A DNA stretch of 40,092 nucleotides from a virus (IMGVR_UViG_3300037313_001474:1-40092), one strand, 5' to 3'. Positions 1 to 9,250 are shown, numbered from the stretch's first letter. The notes: generated from the sequence alone by a model not told the origin. A program made the numbers and translations.

Positions 1-1171
1 CGAGGCCGCCGCGGGAGCCGAGCGCGGCACCCTTCTCGCTGATGATCAGCGGGCGGCCGAAGATGCTCATCGGCGCCGGACCGGCCGCGTTCACGACGAA
101 CACGCTGTTGCCGCCGGTGCCGACGGTGAGGGACATCTGCAGCAGCTGCGGCAGCGCGTCCGGGGAGCACATCCACACCGCGTTCGACAGGGACGACGGC
201 AGCATCCGCGCGTACATGGCGACGACGTCCGGGTAGGTGATCTTCCCGGCGCCGCCGGAGCGGGACACGGTGACCGCGGCCGGGTTACCGGCGCCGCGGA
301 AGCCGAGGGGCTCGCCGGTGCCGGTGCCGGACTGGAACGCGTTGTCCTCGGAGAAGGCCAGCGCGGACGGCCACAGCGTCTCGATCAGCGCGGAGAAGGA
401 GACGATGGAGTCCTGGAGCAGCTCGTTCGGGACGGCGGACAGGCCGGTGAGCTTCTTCGCGTCGAGGACGACGCGGCCGAACCGCGGGTTGGAGTCCTGG
501 AGGGCGGCGCCTTCCTCACCCCAGTAGGCGATCATGCCGCCGTACACGGAGCCCTGGTTCGTGGTGGAGTCGATCATCGGGAACGGGACCCGAGCCGAAT
601 CCATCGGCACCACGGTGGCCAGCGGCCGGACGACCGCCTTTTCCAGCGCGATCGACATCAGCGTCGACCGCAGCGTCTCCGGGACCAGGAAGCCACCGTC
701 CGCCGGGGAGACCGAACCGGCGGCGTTGCGGAGCGCGTCCAGCTTGGTGTGCGCCTCGGGGCTCTTGTTCAGGTGCCAGATGCTCTTGACGTAGTCGATC
801 GAGTTGTCGAAGTGCTTGTCCACCGCCGCGCCCGGCGCGGCAGCGTTGTACGCGGTGCCCTGACGGTGCGACGTCAGCATGCCCGCCGACCGCTTGGCCT
901 GCGGGTCGAGGTCGAGACGCTTGATCGCAGTGGCGGCGTCCTTGTTGGACACGTCGGCGCCGTGCTCGCGGAGCATCGCGGCGAACTGCCGCTGGGTCTC
1001 CTCGGCGATCTGCCGGTTCAGGTCGGTGCCGTCGCCCTGCTGCCGGTTGGCGTACTCGGTGATGAAGTTCGTCAGGTCCTCGGGGGAGGCGACGACGTCC
1101 TTCGCCTTGGCCGGGTCGCTGAGCATTTCCGCCAGCTCGGCGGCGTTGCTCGGGATGGTGGGTGTTGCCAC
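1..1171 (-). CDS. HK97-family major capsid protein (3' end truncated by window edge)
   Basis: Not in the ORF track because it runs off the edge; translated by hand. GTG at 1171 with AAGGAG RBS. Reads MATPTIPSNAAELAEML...AGSVSPADGGFLVPETL...AYWGEEGAA...KKLTGLSAVPNELLQDS...EDNAFQSGTGTGEPLG, which are HK97 capsid motifs. Follows the protease gene. Confidence 0.93.
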   Translation of the reverse strand, partial: MATPTIPSNAAELAEMLSDPAKAKDVVASPEDLTNFITEYANRQQGDGTDLNRQIAEETQRQFAAMLREHGADVSNKDAATAIKRLDLDPQAKRSAGMLTSHRQGTAYNAAAPGAAVDKHFDNSIDYVKSIWHLNKSPEAHTKLDALRNAAGSVSPADGGFLVPETLRSTLMSIALEKAVVRPLATVVPMDSARVPFPMIDSTTNQGSVYGGMIAYWGEEGAALQDSNPRFGRVVLDAKKLTGLSAVPNELLQDSIVSFSALIETLWPSALAFSEDNAFQSGTGTGEPLGFRGAGNPAAVTVSRSGGAGKITYPDVVAMYARMLPSSLSNAVWMCSPDALPQLLQMSLTVGTGGNSVFVVNAAGPAPMSIFGRPLIISEKGAALGSRGGL

Positions 1172-1182
1172 TGCTGCCTCCT

Positions 1183-2226
1183 TCAGGCTGCTTCCGTCGC
1201 CGAGCGGGCCGCCGACGTGCTGTTGGTGAAGCGGGCCACGAGCGCGGCCCACGGGTCAGGTTCAGGCTGGGTGAGGTGGGCGACCAGGGCAGCCCACTCG
1301 TCTACGGGTTCGGCGGCAGGCTCGGGCTGGGCCGGCGGTTCGGCTACCGGCTCGGGCTCGGGTTCGATCGGGGCCGCTTCGGCGACGGGTTCGGCAGGGG
1401 CCGGGTCCTCAACGGGCTGGACTGCTGCGCGGAGTTGCGCGGCAACCTCTTCGCCGATCAGCGAGCGGATGTCCTCGGTGAGCCCGGTCTCGGCCTTCGG
1501 CTGCTCGCGGCGGGGGCCGGTGTAGCCGTAGGCGGCGAGGTCGAACGGGCGGGCCATGTCGGGCTCGTCTTCCTCGGCTGGCGCGGTGGGGTCGCCCTGC
1601 TTCGGCGTCTGCACGGCCTCGTCAGCCAGGCCCGCCGTGACGGCGTCCTCGGGCAGATACCAGGTCTCCGCGCGCATGAGGGCCCGCCACTGGTCGCGGG
1701 TGCCGCCCGCACGCTGCGCGTATGCGTCGGCGATGTTGTCGCTGATGAGGTCGAGGAGTTCGGCCATCTCCTGCATGTCGGCCGCGTTGCCCATGCACAG
1801 GCCGGACGCGTCGTGGATCATGAGCATGGTGTTCGGGGCCATCTCGATCCGGTCCCCGGCCATGGCGATGACGGAGGCGATGGAGGCGGCGATCCCGTCG
1901 ACCTGCACCGTCACGTTCGCGGGGTGGGAGCGGAGCGCGTTGGCGATGGCGATGCCCTCGAACACGCTGCCACCAGGCGAGTTGATCCGAACCCGCAGGT
2001 TCGGCGCTGTCACGCCGCGCAGGTCCGCGATGAACTGGTCCGCGGTTGCGCCGAGCCAGCCGCCGACCTCGTCGTACAGCATGACCTCGGCCTCATCCTG
2101 CGAGGCTGCGTTGGTGATGCGGTACCAAGAGCGGGCCTCGACACCCAGCTGCGCGCGCTGCTTGGCGGCCTGCTCGCGCTGGCTGGCCATGAAGGAGGCC
2201 GCCTTACCAGGCAGCTGAATGTTCAT
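1183..2226 (-). CDS. ClpP-type prohead maturation protease with Pro/Glu-rich C-terminal (scaffold-like) tail
   Basis: INSPGGSVFEG, DGIAASIASVIAMAGD, MLMIHDA and ETWY motifs; lies between portal and capsid. Confidence 0.93.
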   Translation of the reverse strand: MNIQLPGKAASFMASQREQAAKQRAQLGVEARSWYRITNAASQDEAEVMLYDEVGGWLGATADQFIADLRGVTAPNLRVRINSPGGSVFEGIAIANALRSHPANVTVQVDGIAASIASVIAMAGDRIEMAPNTMLMIHDASGLCMGNAADMQEMAELLDLISDNIADAYAQRAGGTRDQWRALMRAETWYLPEDAVTAGLADEAVQTPKQGDPTAPAEEDEPDMARPFDLAAYGYTGPRREQPKAETGLTEDIRSLIGEEVAAQLRAAVQPVEDPAPAEPVAEAAPIEPEPEPVAEPPAQPEPAAEPVDEWAALVAHLTQPEPDPWAALVARFTNSTSAARSATEAA

Positions 2227-3815
2227 GAGCCCTCTCCCTTACGGCCTCGCTTCACGACCTTGCAGCGACACGCGTTGCCGTACTGCGCGCCAATGCAGTT
2301 CACGTAGCCGGAGCCGCCCGGGTAGTCCTCGTAGGCCTGCTGCCGGTTCTTGTACGTCTTGCCGTTGTTGTCGCGGCACGGCTGACAGGTGTTGTCGTCA
2401 TCGACCGCAACCGCGACCCACCGCTGCGCCGCCTCGATGTCCTCACCGAGCAGGCCAGCCACCGCGTCATCCCACGTGTTCGACGGTTCAGCAGCGGGTG
2501 CTGCTCCGTGGCCGGGTACGAGCGACTGCCAGCCCTCGGGGAGTTGGAAGCCGAGCATCGGCAGGATCAGCGGGCCCAGACTCGGGGCGCCGCGCACGAT
2601 CCGCGACAGCAGGTCACGGTCCGCGTCGAACGGCAGCTCTGGCAGACCGACCGCCTGCGCGACGGCTTGCGGGTCGTAGCCCGCGGCGGCCAGGGACTGC
2701 GCCGCGTTGGACATAGCGGTCAGTCGGGCGATCTCCTGGTCGGGGTCCTCGGGGACGGGGTTGCAGTAGTCGAACTCCAGGCCCTGCGTGGTCGCACCGA
2801 AGAGCGGCAATAGTTCGTGGTTGAGCGCAGCCTTGATGCGTTCCAGGCGGGGAACGGTTTGCTGCTCCGCGAACCATGCCTTCGCGGCGAGGGCGGAGGC
2901 GCGGTTGATGTCCTCGAAGTCGCCGATGGCGGTCTTCGAGATGCCGTAGGCCTCACGGATACGGTCGGCGGTGGCGCCGCGGAGTTCCACGAACTGCATG
3001 TCGCGCTGGCTGATGGTGCGGTCAACCCACTTGCCGTGCTCCAGGATCGCCACGCGGTGGGCGTTGCCGACGCCGCGGTGCTGCTCGTTCCACCGGTCGC
3101 GGAGCTCGTCGAACTGGTCGTCGGACAGGGCGCTGGGGACCTCGATGATGCCGCCCGGCTGCGCACTGTTGACGAAGAACGCGCGGCTCCACTCGGCGGC
3201 GTACCGGGACGTGTCGAGGTCCGGGAGGATCGACAGCACCGGCGACAGACCGCGGTACGGGTCCAAGGGGTTCGGCCGGCGCAGCTGAATGACCTCGTCG
3301 AGCTCAAGCGGGATCTGCTCGCCGTCGGGGCTGGTGTACACGTACCCGGCGAGGAACGTCTCTCGGGACGGTACGGGCGTCATGCGGTCGGGGCGGACCG
3401 GCCACATCTCCAGCGGCAGCTTGACGCCCTTGGCACGGGAGATCACCCACCAGGCCTCGCCAGTGAGGTCGTGGTGCTGCTGGAACGTCTCGACGAACTC
3501 TTGCCGCGGCATAAACGGGTTCGGCCGGTTCCACAGGTCGAGCGCGGCATGGCTAGTGACCTCGACGCGGTCTTCCTTCTTGCCGCTCTTGGCCTTGCGG
3601 TACAGCTTCCAGTCCACCAGCGCGGTCGCGTTCGCTGTCCGGTCGACGATGGCGAAGAGGGTGCCTGTGGCGGTCATGGCCCGCATCTGGGCTTCTGCGC
3701 TGCGGCCGATACCGAACGCGCCGTGACGGCCGGTGGTGGCTCGGCCGGTGAAGGGAATCGGGGCTGACGCGGTGGCTGCGCGGTTGAACAGCGCGCCGAG
3801 GAGGGTCCGTGCCAA
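2223..3815 (-). CDS. Phage portal protein (HK97-like) with C-terminal MuF-like Cys motif
   Basis: LWNRPNPFM, LTGEAWW, RRPNPLDPYRGLSP, FFVNSAQPGGII and DMQFVELR motifs; position after terminase. Confidence 0.93.
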   Translation of the reverse strand: MARTLLGALFNRAATASAPIPFTGRATTGRHGAFGIGRSAEAQMRAMTATGTLFAIVDRTANATALVDWKLYRKAKSGKKEDRVEVTSHAALDLWNRPNPFMPRQEFVETFQQHHDLTGEAWWVISRAKGVKLPLEMWPVRPDRMTPVPSRETFLAGYVYTSPDGEQIPLELDEVIQLRRPNPLDPYRGLSPVLSILPDLDTSRYAAEWSRAFFVNSAQPGGIIEVPSALSDDQFDELRDRWNEQHRGVGNAHRVAILEHGKWVDRTISQRDMQFVELRGATADRIREAYGISKTAIGDFEDINRASALAAKAWFAEQQTVPRLERIKAALNHELLPLFGATTQGLEFDYCNPVPEDPDQEIARLTAMSNAAQSLAAAGYDPQAVAQAVGLPELPFDADRDLLSRIVRGAPSLGPLILPMLGFQLPEGWQSLVPGHGAAPAAEPSNTWDDAVAGLLGEDIEAAQRWVAVAVDDDNTCQPCRDNNGKTYKNRQQAYEDYPGGSGYVNCIGAQYGNACRCKVVKRGRKGEGS

Positions 3816-3830
3816 CGCCCCTCCCTCCGC

Positions 3831-4031
3831 TTACTGGCCGGGCCTGTCCTCGTGGATCCGGAAGTTGAGGACGAAGCACCCTGCGCCTGCCGCCGCCAAG
3901 CCTGCTGCCACGCCCCACCAGAGCATGGCGGAACCCGACAAGAGGATGATCCCAGCCGTGTCAAGCAGAATCGGCGCCAACTTCCGCAACACTTGCATCG
4001 ACCTGCGGAAACGCTCGTATCGGCTGGTCAT
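3831..4031 (-). CDS. Small 2-TM membrane protein
   Basis: 66 aa with two hydrophobic segments; a common gene type between terL and portal in actinophages. Confidence 0.7.
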   Translation of the reverse strand: MTSRYERFRRSMQVLRKLAPILLDTAGIILLSGSAMLWWGVAAGLAAAGAGCFVLNFRIHEDRPGQ

Positions 4032-4076
4032 CGTGGTCTCACTCTCGTCGCGGCGGCTTGTATCTTTACGACAGTC

Positions 4077-5387
4077 TCACAGCCAACGAACCCGCGGCCT
4101 GCCACGAACGTCCAATGCCGCCACCATGTACCGGGCCGCGTCACATGAGTGGTCGTTGGCCTTGACCGGTTCTTCCTTCAGCCCGCCGGCGTTGCCGGGC
4201 TTCACCGCCCACACGTAGCCGGCGACCTCTTCGGCGAGGCCGATCGGCAGGGAGGCGGCATCCATCTCCGCGTCTCGTTCGAGGAGCGCGCCACGGAACA
4301 CGAACAGCCGGGCCTTGCCGTCCGGCTGGACCTTGAGCCGGGACTGCACGGCCTGGATGCCGTCGGAGACGCCCTTGTGCGCAGCCTGCGTCCCCATGCC
4401 CAACTTGCGTTCGAGGGTGGCCCGGTCTTCGGCGTCGTGGTCGGTGATGATCGCGCGTGGTCGCGGCTGGCCGGCGAGGAGCTTCTCCCGGATGACGTCG
4501 GCGTGATCCTCAACCAGCATCCGGGTCCGAACCCACTCGCGGATCAGGTACAGCCGGCCGTCCGGGTCCTCGGCCCACAGTTGGGCGACGAAGGGGTTGG
4601 TGAAGCCGAAGTCGACTGTGATCCACCTGGTCCAGGCGGCTGGCACGTCGAACGGCTCGACCACATGGACGGCGTCGGACCAGCCCTCGTAGACGAGCCC
4701 TTCCGCTGCAACCCACTTGCCCCAGCGCATGCGGTGGTATCGGGCGCCGGTGAGGGTGTCGAGCCGCGCCAGGTAGGTCTGGCCGTACTCGGTCCACTCA
4801 CCGTCGTGGTAGAGGCGGGGGTTGTCCTCGTGGGTGCTGTACAGCAGGCGGCATCGGCCGGCGTCGGCGCGCTGCTTCAGGTGGTGCGTAGGCGGCCCGG
4901 GGTTGGTGGCCATGATCAAGCGCTGACGGGAGAGGACGCCGTTACGGAGGCGGGACACGATGGTGTCGAGGTCTTCGTCGGTGACCTCGATCGCTTCGTC
5001 CACGAACGCAAGGTCGAATTCGGTACTGAGTAGGCGCGTCGCGCGGTCGAGGCCGCCCATGATGATGACGCTGCCGTTGGCGTACTTGTAGCTGGGGGGC
5101 TCTTGCGCGCTGCCGCCGTAGAACCGGAGCAGCCCGGCCTCGATGGCCTCCTTCGCAACTTTCTCCCGGAAGGTCACCAAGGTCGAGGCAGTCAGTGAGG
5201 CGTGCGTCTTACGGACAATGAGCGCGCGCACCTTCGGCTTGGAGAGGCAGGCAAGGTGTAGGTACATGAGCGCGCCGACGGACTTGCCGGTGCCAGCGGC
5301 GCCGCTGAGGAGGATCTCGTTCTCGGTGGACTGGAAGAGCTCCTTCACGGCGCCGCGTGGTTCGTAGCGGACGACGACGTCATTCAC
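4077..5387 (-). CDS. terL: Terminase large subunit (PBSX/Terminase_3/6-like)
   Basis: Walker A GAAGTGKS, Walker B FVDEA, motif III ATNP, nuclease VDFGFTNP and NDHSCDAARY. Confidence 0.95.
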   Translation of the reverse strand: MNDVVVRYEPRGAVKELFQSTENEILLSGAAGTGKSVGALMYLHLACLSKPKVRALIVRKTHASLTASTLVTFREKVAKEAIEAGLLRFYGGSAQEPPSYKYANGSVIIMGGLDRATRLLSTEFDLAFVDEAIEVTDEDLDTIVSRLRNGVLSRQRLIMATNPGPPTHHLKQRADAGRCRLLYSTHEDNPRLYHDGEWTEYGQTYLARLDTLTGARYHRMRWGKWVAAEGLVYEGWSDAVHVVEPFDVPAAWTRWITVDFGFTNPFVAQLWAEDPDGRLYLIREWVRTRMLVEDHADVIREKLLAGQPRPRAIITDHDAEDRATLERKLGMGTQAAHKGVSDGIQAVQSRLKVQPDGKARLFVFRGALLERDAEMDAASLPIGLAEEVAGYVWAVKPGNAGGLKEEPVKANDHSCDAARYMVAALDVRGRPRVRWL

Positions 5388-6018
5388 GGTGGCGCTCCAG
5401 GTAGAGGGCTGCCGCGCGCAGGCGTCCGGGGTCGTCCCGCATCAGGCCGAGCGCTGTGTTGCAGTTGCCGCAGATGAGGGCACGAATGCATCCGCCGCAG
5501 CTCTTACCCTTCTCCGGGCAGCAGGCGTGATCGTGGTCGATGTGAAGAACTTCTGGCATGTCGCCGCAGACTGCACACGCCCCACTCTGTGCTGCCGCCA
5601 TCTCCTCGTAGCGGGTGAGGGTGATTCCAAAGTTCTCAACGAGCTTTCGGTTTCGCATGCACCGCTTGCAGCGTGGGTTGAGGCCGTCAGCGCACGTCTT
5701 CGACGCCTGGTAGTTGTCCAGGGTCTTCCACTGCTGACAGAGCCTGCAAAGCTTGCGCCCCTGGCTGTCGCGGATCACGGTGGAGACGTACTTCCGGATC
5801 TCCGAAGCGCCCGCGGAGCCCGTCTTCTTCACACGAAGGTAGTGCGTGTAGCAGTAGCCGCCTGTGTTGTGCTTTCGTCCGCAGCCCTCGACCGAGCAGA
5901 CGCGCGGAGGACGATCTGGGAGCCCTGTACGACGCAGTTGGGCATAGTGGGTATCGCACAGCCCCCGGCACTTGTGGGGCCTGCCGCATCCATCCTGAGA
6001 ACAGGTACGCTCGCTCAC
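5380..6018 (-). CDS. Endonuclease VII-type (His-Me finger) endonuclease with N-terminal Zn-finger repeats; probable homing endonuclease
   Basis: CAVC...LHIDHDH...IRALICGNCNTALG; two CSxxGCGR..GxCxxHY repeats; GTG at 6018 with AGGAG RBS; less GC-biased codon usage than neighbours. Confidence 0.85.
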   Translation of the reverse strand: MSERTCSQDGCGRPHKCRGLCDTHYAQLRRTGLPDRPPRVCSVEGCGRKHNTGGYCYTHYLRVKKTGSAGASEIRKYVSTVIRDSQGRKLCRLCQQWKTLDNYQASKTCADGLNPRCKRCMRNRKLVENFGITLTRYEEMAAAQSGACAVCGDMPEVLHIDHDHACCPEKGKSCGGCIRALICGNCNTALGLMRDDPGRLRAAALYLERHRE

Positions 6019-6140
6019 GTCGACTCCTAGACAGTCGGCCATGCCCCGGGACGGTTGCCGCCGTCGCCGGGGTCCTCTGTTGCTCATGATTCTACCGTTT
6101 CCGCAGCTCAACCGCCCTGCTCCTGGTGCGAGTTGAGCCC

Positions 6141-6662
6141 TCATGCAAGGCTCTCCGGGTCCACTCCGACCAGCTCGTACTTCACGCCGCCGCTGATCTC
6201 GGTCTTGGCCGGCTGTTTCAGGCCGTGCAGGTTCTGGTACTGGTCCCGGATCCTGAGCGCGGTCTGGATCGCCTGCAGGCGGGGTCCGTCGTCGAGGAGC
6301 GGTTCGCCGTCGTCGCCGTAGACGACCCGGCCGTGGGAGACCATGACGTGGTTCCGTTCGAGGATCTCCATCGCCATGACGTACAGCTGGTCGAGCTGCT
6401 CGGACTCGGTCTGGATGAGCTTGTCGACGGCCGGCTTGAGGACGTCGCGTTTGGCGCGTTGGACGGCGCGCCAGGCTTCGCCGCGGTCGTAGAACCCGAA
6501 GCGGTCGGCCAACTCCTGGAAGCGGGTGCCGGGGTTGTCGGCGAGGTACTGAGCTGCGGCGGCGTCCCTCTCGACGGTCTTCATGGACCGCTGGAACTTG
6601 CCGTTGCCGTCTCGTGGCCGGTCGGTGGGGTGGTATTCGGGGGTGTCGTTGCTGGCGGTCAC
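6141..6662 (-). CDS. Probable terminase small subunit
   Basis: N-terminal HTH-like TRFQELADRFGF, then DDGPRLQAI...GLKQPAKTEISG; first gene of the packaging module; start reassigned to GTG 6662. Confidence 0.7.
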   Translation of the reverse strand: MTASNDTPEYHPTDRPRDGNGKFQRSMKTVERDAAAAQYLADNPGTRFQELADRFGFYDRGEAWRAVQRAKRDVLKPAVDKLIQTESEQLDQLYVMAMEILERNHVMVSHGRVVYGDDGEPLLDDGPRLQAIQTALRIRDQYQNLHGLKQPAKTEISGGVKYELVGVDPESLA

Positions 6663-6759
6663 GAGGCCCCTTCCCTGTTGCTCGCGTGTTACCTGTTGGG
6701 CGTGGTTTGATGGTAACGATGCGTGCAACCGGGGTGGCGGCTGAGGGCGCGCGCAGGGA

Positions 6760-6800
6760 GAAGCCCCCGTCTCTGTCTGGGCGTCAGGGTCGGGGGCTTC
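6760..6800. terminator. Stem-loop GAAGCCCCCG..CGGGGGCTTC
   Basis: 10-bp perfect inverted repeat just downstream of the 6814-7044 gene; same arms as the hairpin at 15031. Confidence 0.55.
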
Positions 6801-6813
6801 GGCCATGCAGGGG

Positions 6814-7044
6814 TCAGGCGCTAACGGCGCGCATGCGGTCGAGTAGCGCGGCTGCTACGTCCGGCCCTGTGCCGCCTGGGGCGTCAACCTCAATTGGCGT
6901 CGCCCACCCGCGAACGAAGACTGAGACTGACAGGTAGTTGTCCTGTACCGCCTGGATATCGGCGACGCGAACGCACGAGGTTCCGTCGACCCAGACGAAT
7001 CCTGGGGGAGCCTCTGGCAGGGATCCGAAGTCGGTGTCGGCCAT
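6814..7044 (-). CDS. Hypothetical protein
   Basis: ORF MADTDFGSL...; protein-like composition. Confidence 0.55.
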   Translation of the reverse strand: MADTDFGSLPEAPPGFVWVDGTSCVRVADIQAVQDNYLSVSVFVRGWATPIEVDAPGGTGPDVAAALLDRMRAVSA

Positions 7045-7070
7045 GGGGTCCATCCTGTCGTGTCGGGCGG

Positions 7071-7388
7071 TCAGGCGGCGGTGGGCTGGGCCAGACTGAC
7101 GCCAGCAGCGTCGAGCAGCGCTGAGCGGACCTCACTTGTGGTACGCCCGGGTTCGGACTCCCAGTCGAGGAGCATGCCCTCCAGGTGCTGTTCGAGGAGC
7201 AGGCTCATGAGGCCGTGGACGTCTTGGGGGTGCTCGCCGTGTTCGGGGCCGGTCTTCTGGGCGGCGACCTTGAGGTGCGCCCACAGGTGCAGGTGGGTGT
7301 CTGGGCCGCAGGGTTCCCAGCCGAGATAGCTGATGAGGTAGGCGGCGTACTGCAGGCCTTCGATCGCAGCGTGGCGGAGCGGGCTCAC
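7071..7388 (-). CDS. Hypothetical protein
   Basis: GTG at 7388 with GAAAGG RBS; helical protein ending WESEPGRTTSEVRSALLDAA. Confidence 0.6.
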   Translation of the reverse strand: MSPLRHAAIEGLQYAAYLISYLGWEPCGPDTHLHLWAHLKVAAQKTGPEHGEHPQDVHGLMSLLLEQHLEGMLLDWESEPGRTTSEVRSALLDAAGVSLAQPTAA

Positions 7389-7479
7389 GACTGGGGTCCT
7401 TTCGTGGCGGTGGGTTGAGCGTATGGCGGGGGTCAAACGGCAGGCTGTGCGCTTAGTTCACAGCGCTTTCCGCTTGTGT

Positions 7480-7779
7480 TCAGTGAACGGGCTGCAGCAG
7501 GTGGTCGATCTCCGCGACCAACTGCACGTAGTGCGGGCCGGGCACATCCAGCAGCTCACCAGCCCCCTGCGGGAAGCCGGGCGGGCGGATCTCCCACCGG
7601 AACCCCTCCTCGGTCGGCCACACGTACAGGCGGTCCCCCCGCTTCGCCGCAGCCTGCTGCGCGCCAGCCTCGATCGGGATGTAGACCTCGATGTAGTCGC
7701 AGGTAGCAATCGCGGTCCAGCCGAGCCGGTGCAGGTGGTTGGTGACGCGGGCCGTGTAGTCGGGGGCGAGGACGGTCAC
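7480..7779 (-). CDS. Hypothetical protein
   Basis: GTGA overlap with the upstream gene; AAAGGGAG RBS. Confidence 0.6.
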   Translation of the reverse strand: MTVLAPDYTARVTNHLHRLGWTAIATCDYIEVYIPIEAGAQQAAAKRGDRLYVWPTEEGFRWEIRPPGFPQGAGELLDVPGPHYVQLVAEIDHLLQPVH

Positions 7780-7958
7780 TGGATGGCTCCCTTTCGGCGG
7801 TCGATCTCGTCGCTGGTCCGGTCGGCGTAGTCGGCGTGGAACTCGACCACGGAGGGGCTGCACATGTCGTAGCGGGGGTCGATCAACCGCAGGCAAGCGG
7901 CGCGTTCGTCTTCGAGTCCACGGGTGGACATGTCGGCGAGGTGTTCGGAACGGGGCAT
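7776..7958 (-). CDS. Hypothetical protein
   Basis: GGAG RBS; in an operon with the WYL gene. Confidence 0.6.
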   Translation of the reverse strand: MPRSEHLADMSTRGLEDERAACLRLIDPRYDMCSPSVVEFHADYADRTSDEIDRRKGAIQ

Positions 7959-7967
7959 GACGGGCTC

Positions 7968-8357
7968 CTAGGCGGCGAGGGCGTCGGCGAGGATCTGGAC
8001 GCGGGTGGTGGCGGGGCAGTCGACGGGGTAGAGGACGGTGACCGTGGCGAGGCCGTGGGCCGGGCGGCGGTCCTGCTCGTCGGTGGCCGGCCGCTCGACC
8101 ACGTAGGCGGTGCGGTGAACCGTGTAGGAGACGAGGCGGTCCAGCCGGAAGGAGCGGGATTCCTGGCTGTCGCGGTCCATGCCCTTCAGGAGGATGTCGC
8201 CGGCGGCGCTGACCACGATGTCGTAGAGCTCCACCGTGCGGATGGTCTCCGACCCGTCGGCCTTCACGTAGGTGATCGTCACCGGCTGCTGCTTGTCGAG
8301 GGCGGTGATGAGGCGGGCGAGGGTCTGGTGCTGGGTCTCGGTCTTGGTGTGCCTCAT
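7968..8357 (-). CDS. Stand-alone WYL-domain protein
   Basis: VTITYVKADGSETIRTVELY...LLKGMDRDSQESRSFRLDRL matches the WYL fold; ATG at 8357 with GAGGGG RBS. Confidence 0.85.
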   Translation of the reverse strand: MRHTKTETQHQTLARLITALDKQQPVTITYVKADGSETIRTVELYDIVVSAAGDILLKGMDRDSQESRSFRLDRLVSYTVHRTAYVVERPATDEQDRRPAHGLATVTVLYPVDCPATTRVQILADALAA

Positions 8358-8391
8358 CGGATCCCCCTCGGTGCCGTTCACCCTGTTAGCG

Positions 8392-8443
8392 GGTGGCTTG
8401 CCACCTCCAATATGGCACACCCTTTGACGGGTGGCAAGCCACC
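8392..8443. promoter_or_regulatory. Paired palindromic operators GGTGGC-N2-GCCACC in a divergent promoter region
   Basis: GGTGGCTTGCCACC (8392-8405) and GGTGGCAAGCCACC (8430-8443); the second lies between TTGACG (-35) and GAGGAT (-10). Confidence 0.7.
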
Positions 8444-8458
8444 TGAGAGGATTACTCC

Positions 8459-8656
8459 ATGGCCAACGCCCACAAGCACCGACAGCGCGTCATCCGAGGC
8501 GCACCCGACGACCTCTGGGACGACCTCGACACCGCAGCGAAGGCAGTCGGCAGCGACCGGTCCGCTATCACCCGCGAGTTCTGGGAATGGTTCGTCGGAC
8601 GTCCAGGCGCGCGCGTGCCAGAGCGCCCGGTGAGCAGCGAGGAGAAGACCGCATGA
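8459..8656 (+). CDS. Ribbon-helix-helix DNA-binding protein
   Basis: QRVIRGAPDDLWDDLDTAAKAVGSDRSAITREFWEWFV is an Arc/CopG-like pattern. Confidence 0.75.
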   Translation: MANAHKHRQRVIRGAPDDLWDDLDTAAKAVGSDRSAITREFWEWFVGRPGARVPERPVSSEEKTA

Positions 8657-8952
8657 GCGAACCGCAGTACCGCTACCCGCACCCGCTCAAGCCCCACGAC
8701 GACATCGTCTTCGTACAGTGGCACGTCGCCTCCCACACGGAGATGGACGCCGGCTCGGTGTCGCCGTTGGCAGCAGAGACGTGGGACGAGGCCACTCTGG
8801 AAGAACGCGAACGCTGGGTAGAGAGGACGCGCGCAAGCGTCGCGGATATGGCCAGCGAGAAGGCCGGGCGTCCCATCGATGTCGGTGAGGTGAGCTACAC
8901 GGTGCATAGGGGCGGCGCGGGCCCGGTGCGCTCGGACGAGGAGCCCACGTGA
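8653..8952 (+). CDS. Hypothetical protein
   Basis: ATGA overlap with the RHH gene; GAGGAG RBS. Confidence 0.6.
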   Translation: MSEPQYRYPHPLKPHDDIVFVQWHVASHTEMDAGSVSPLAAETWDEATLEERERWVERTRASVADMASEKAGRPIDVGEVSYTVHRGGAGPVRSDEEPT

Positions 8953-9182
8953 GCGAGCCCGACTACATCGTCATCCGACCCGCTCCCGACCTGCCGCCCG
9001 GCTTCCTGCCGGAGCGCGAGAACGGCCGCTGGTACGACCGGGCCAGCATGCCGCAGGCCAGCGCGGAAGCCAGCCTCAACGCGTTCATCAAGTATGGCGG
9101 CGGAGTCGCTGTAGCGACCGGTCGATTCGAGGTACGCGACTACGACGGCGCCGTAGCCGAGGTGTACGAGGTCCGACCGTAA
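8949..9182 (+). CDS. Hypothetical protein
   Basis: GTGA overlap; GAGGAG RBS. Confidence 0.6.
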   Translation: MSEPDYIVIRPAPDLPPGFLPERENGRWYDRASMPQASAEASLNAFIKYGGGVAVATGRFEVRDYDGAVAEVYEVRP

Positions 9183-9203
9183 AGCGCGCCCACCGCATGA
9201 CAA

Positions 9204-9235
9204 CGGCCCCGCCCGGACAATCCGGAGCGGGGCCG
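9204..9235. terminator. Putative bidirectional terminator
   Basis: GC-rich hairpin CGGCCCCGC..GCGGGGCCG between convergent genes. Confidence 0.6.
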
Positions 9236-9250
9236 CTGCACGTCCAGGTG

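Noticed and set aside
1255-1400. GGTTCG/GGCTCG repeats in the protease 3' end
   Set aside because: Explained by Glu-Pro codons in a single frame of a low-complexity tail.
749-5033. Long plus-strand ORFs opposite structural genes (and similar ones at 10985-12172, 15831-18301 and 31400-32755 minus)
   Set aside because: Antisense shadow ORFs typical of high-GC DNA, with no motifs, overlapping well-supported genes.
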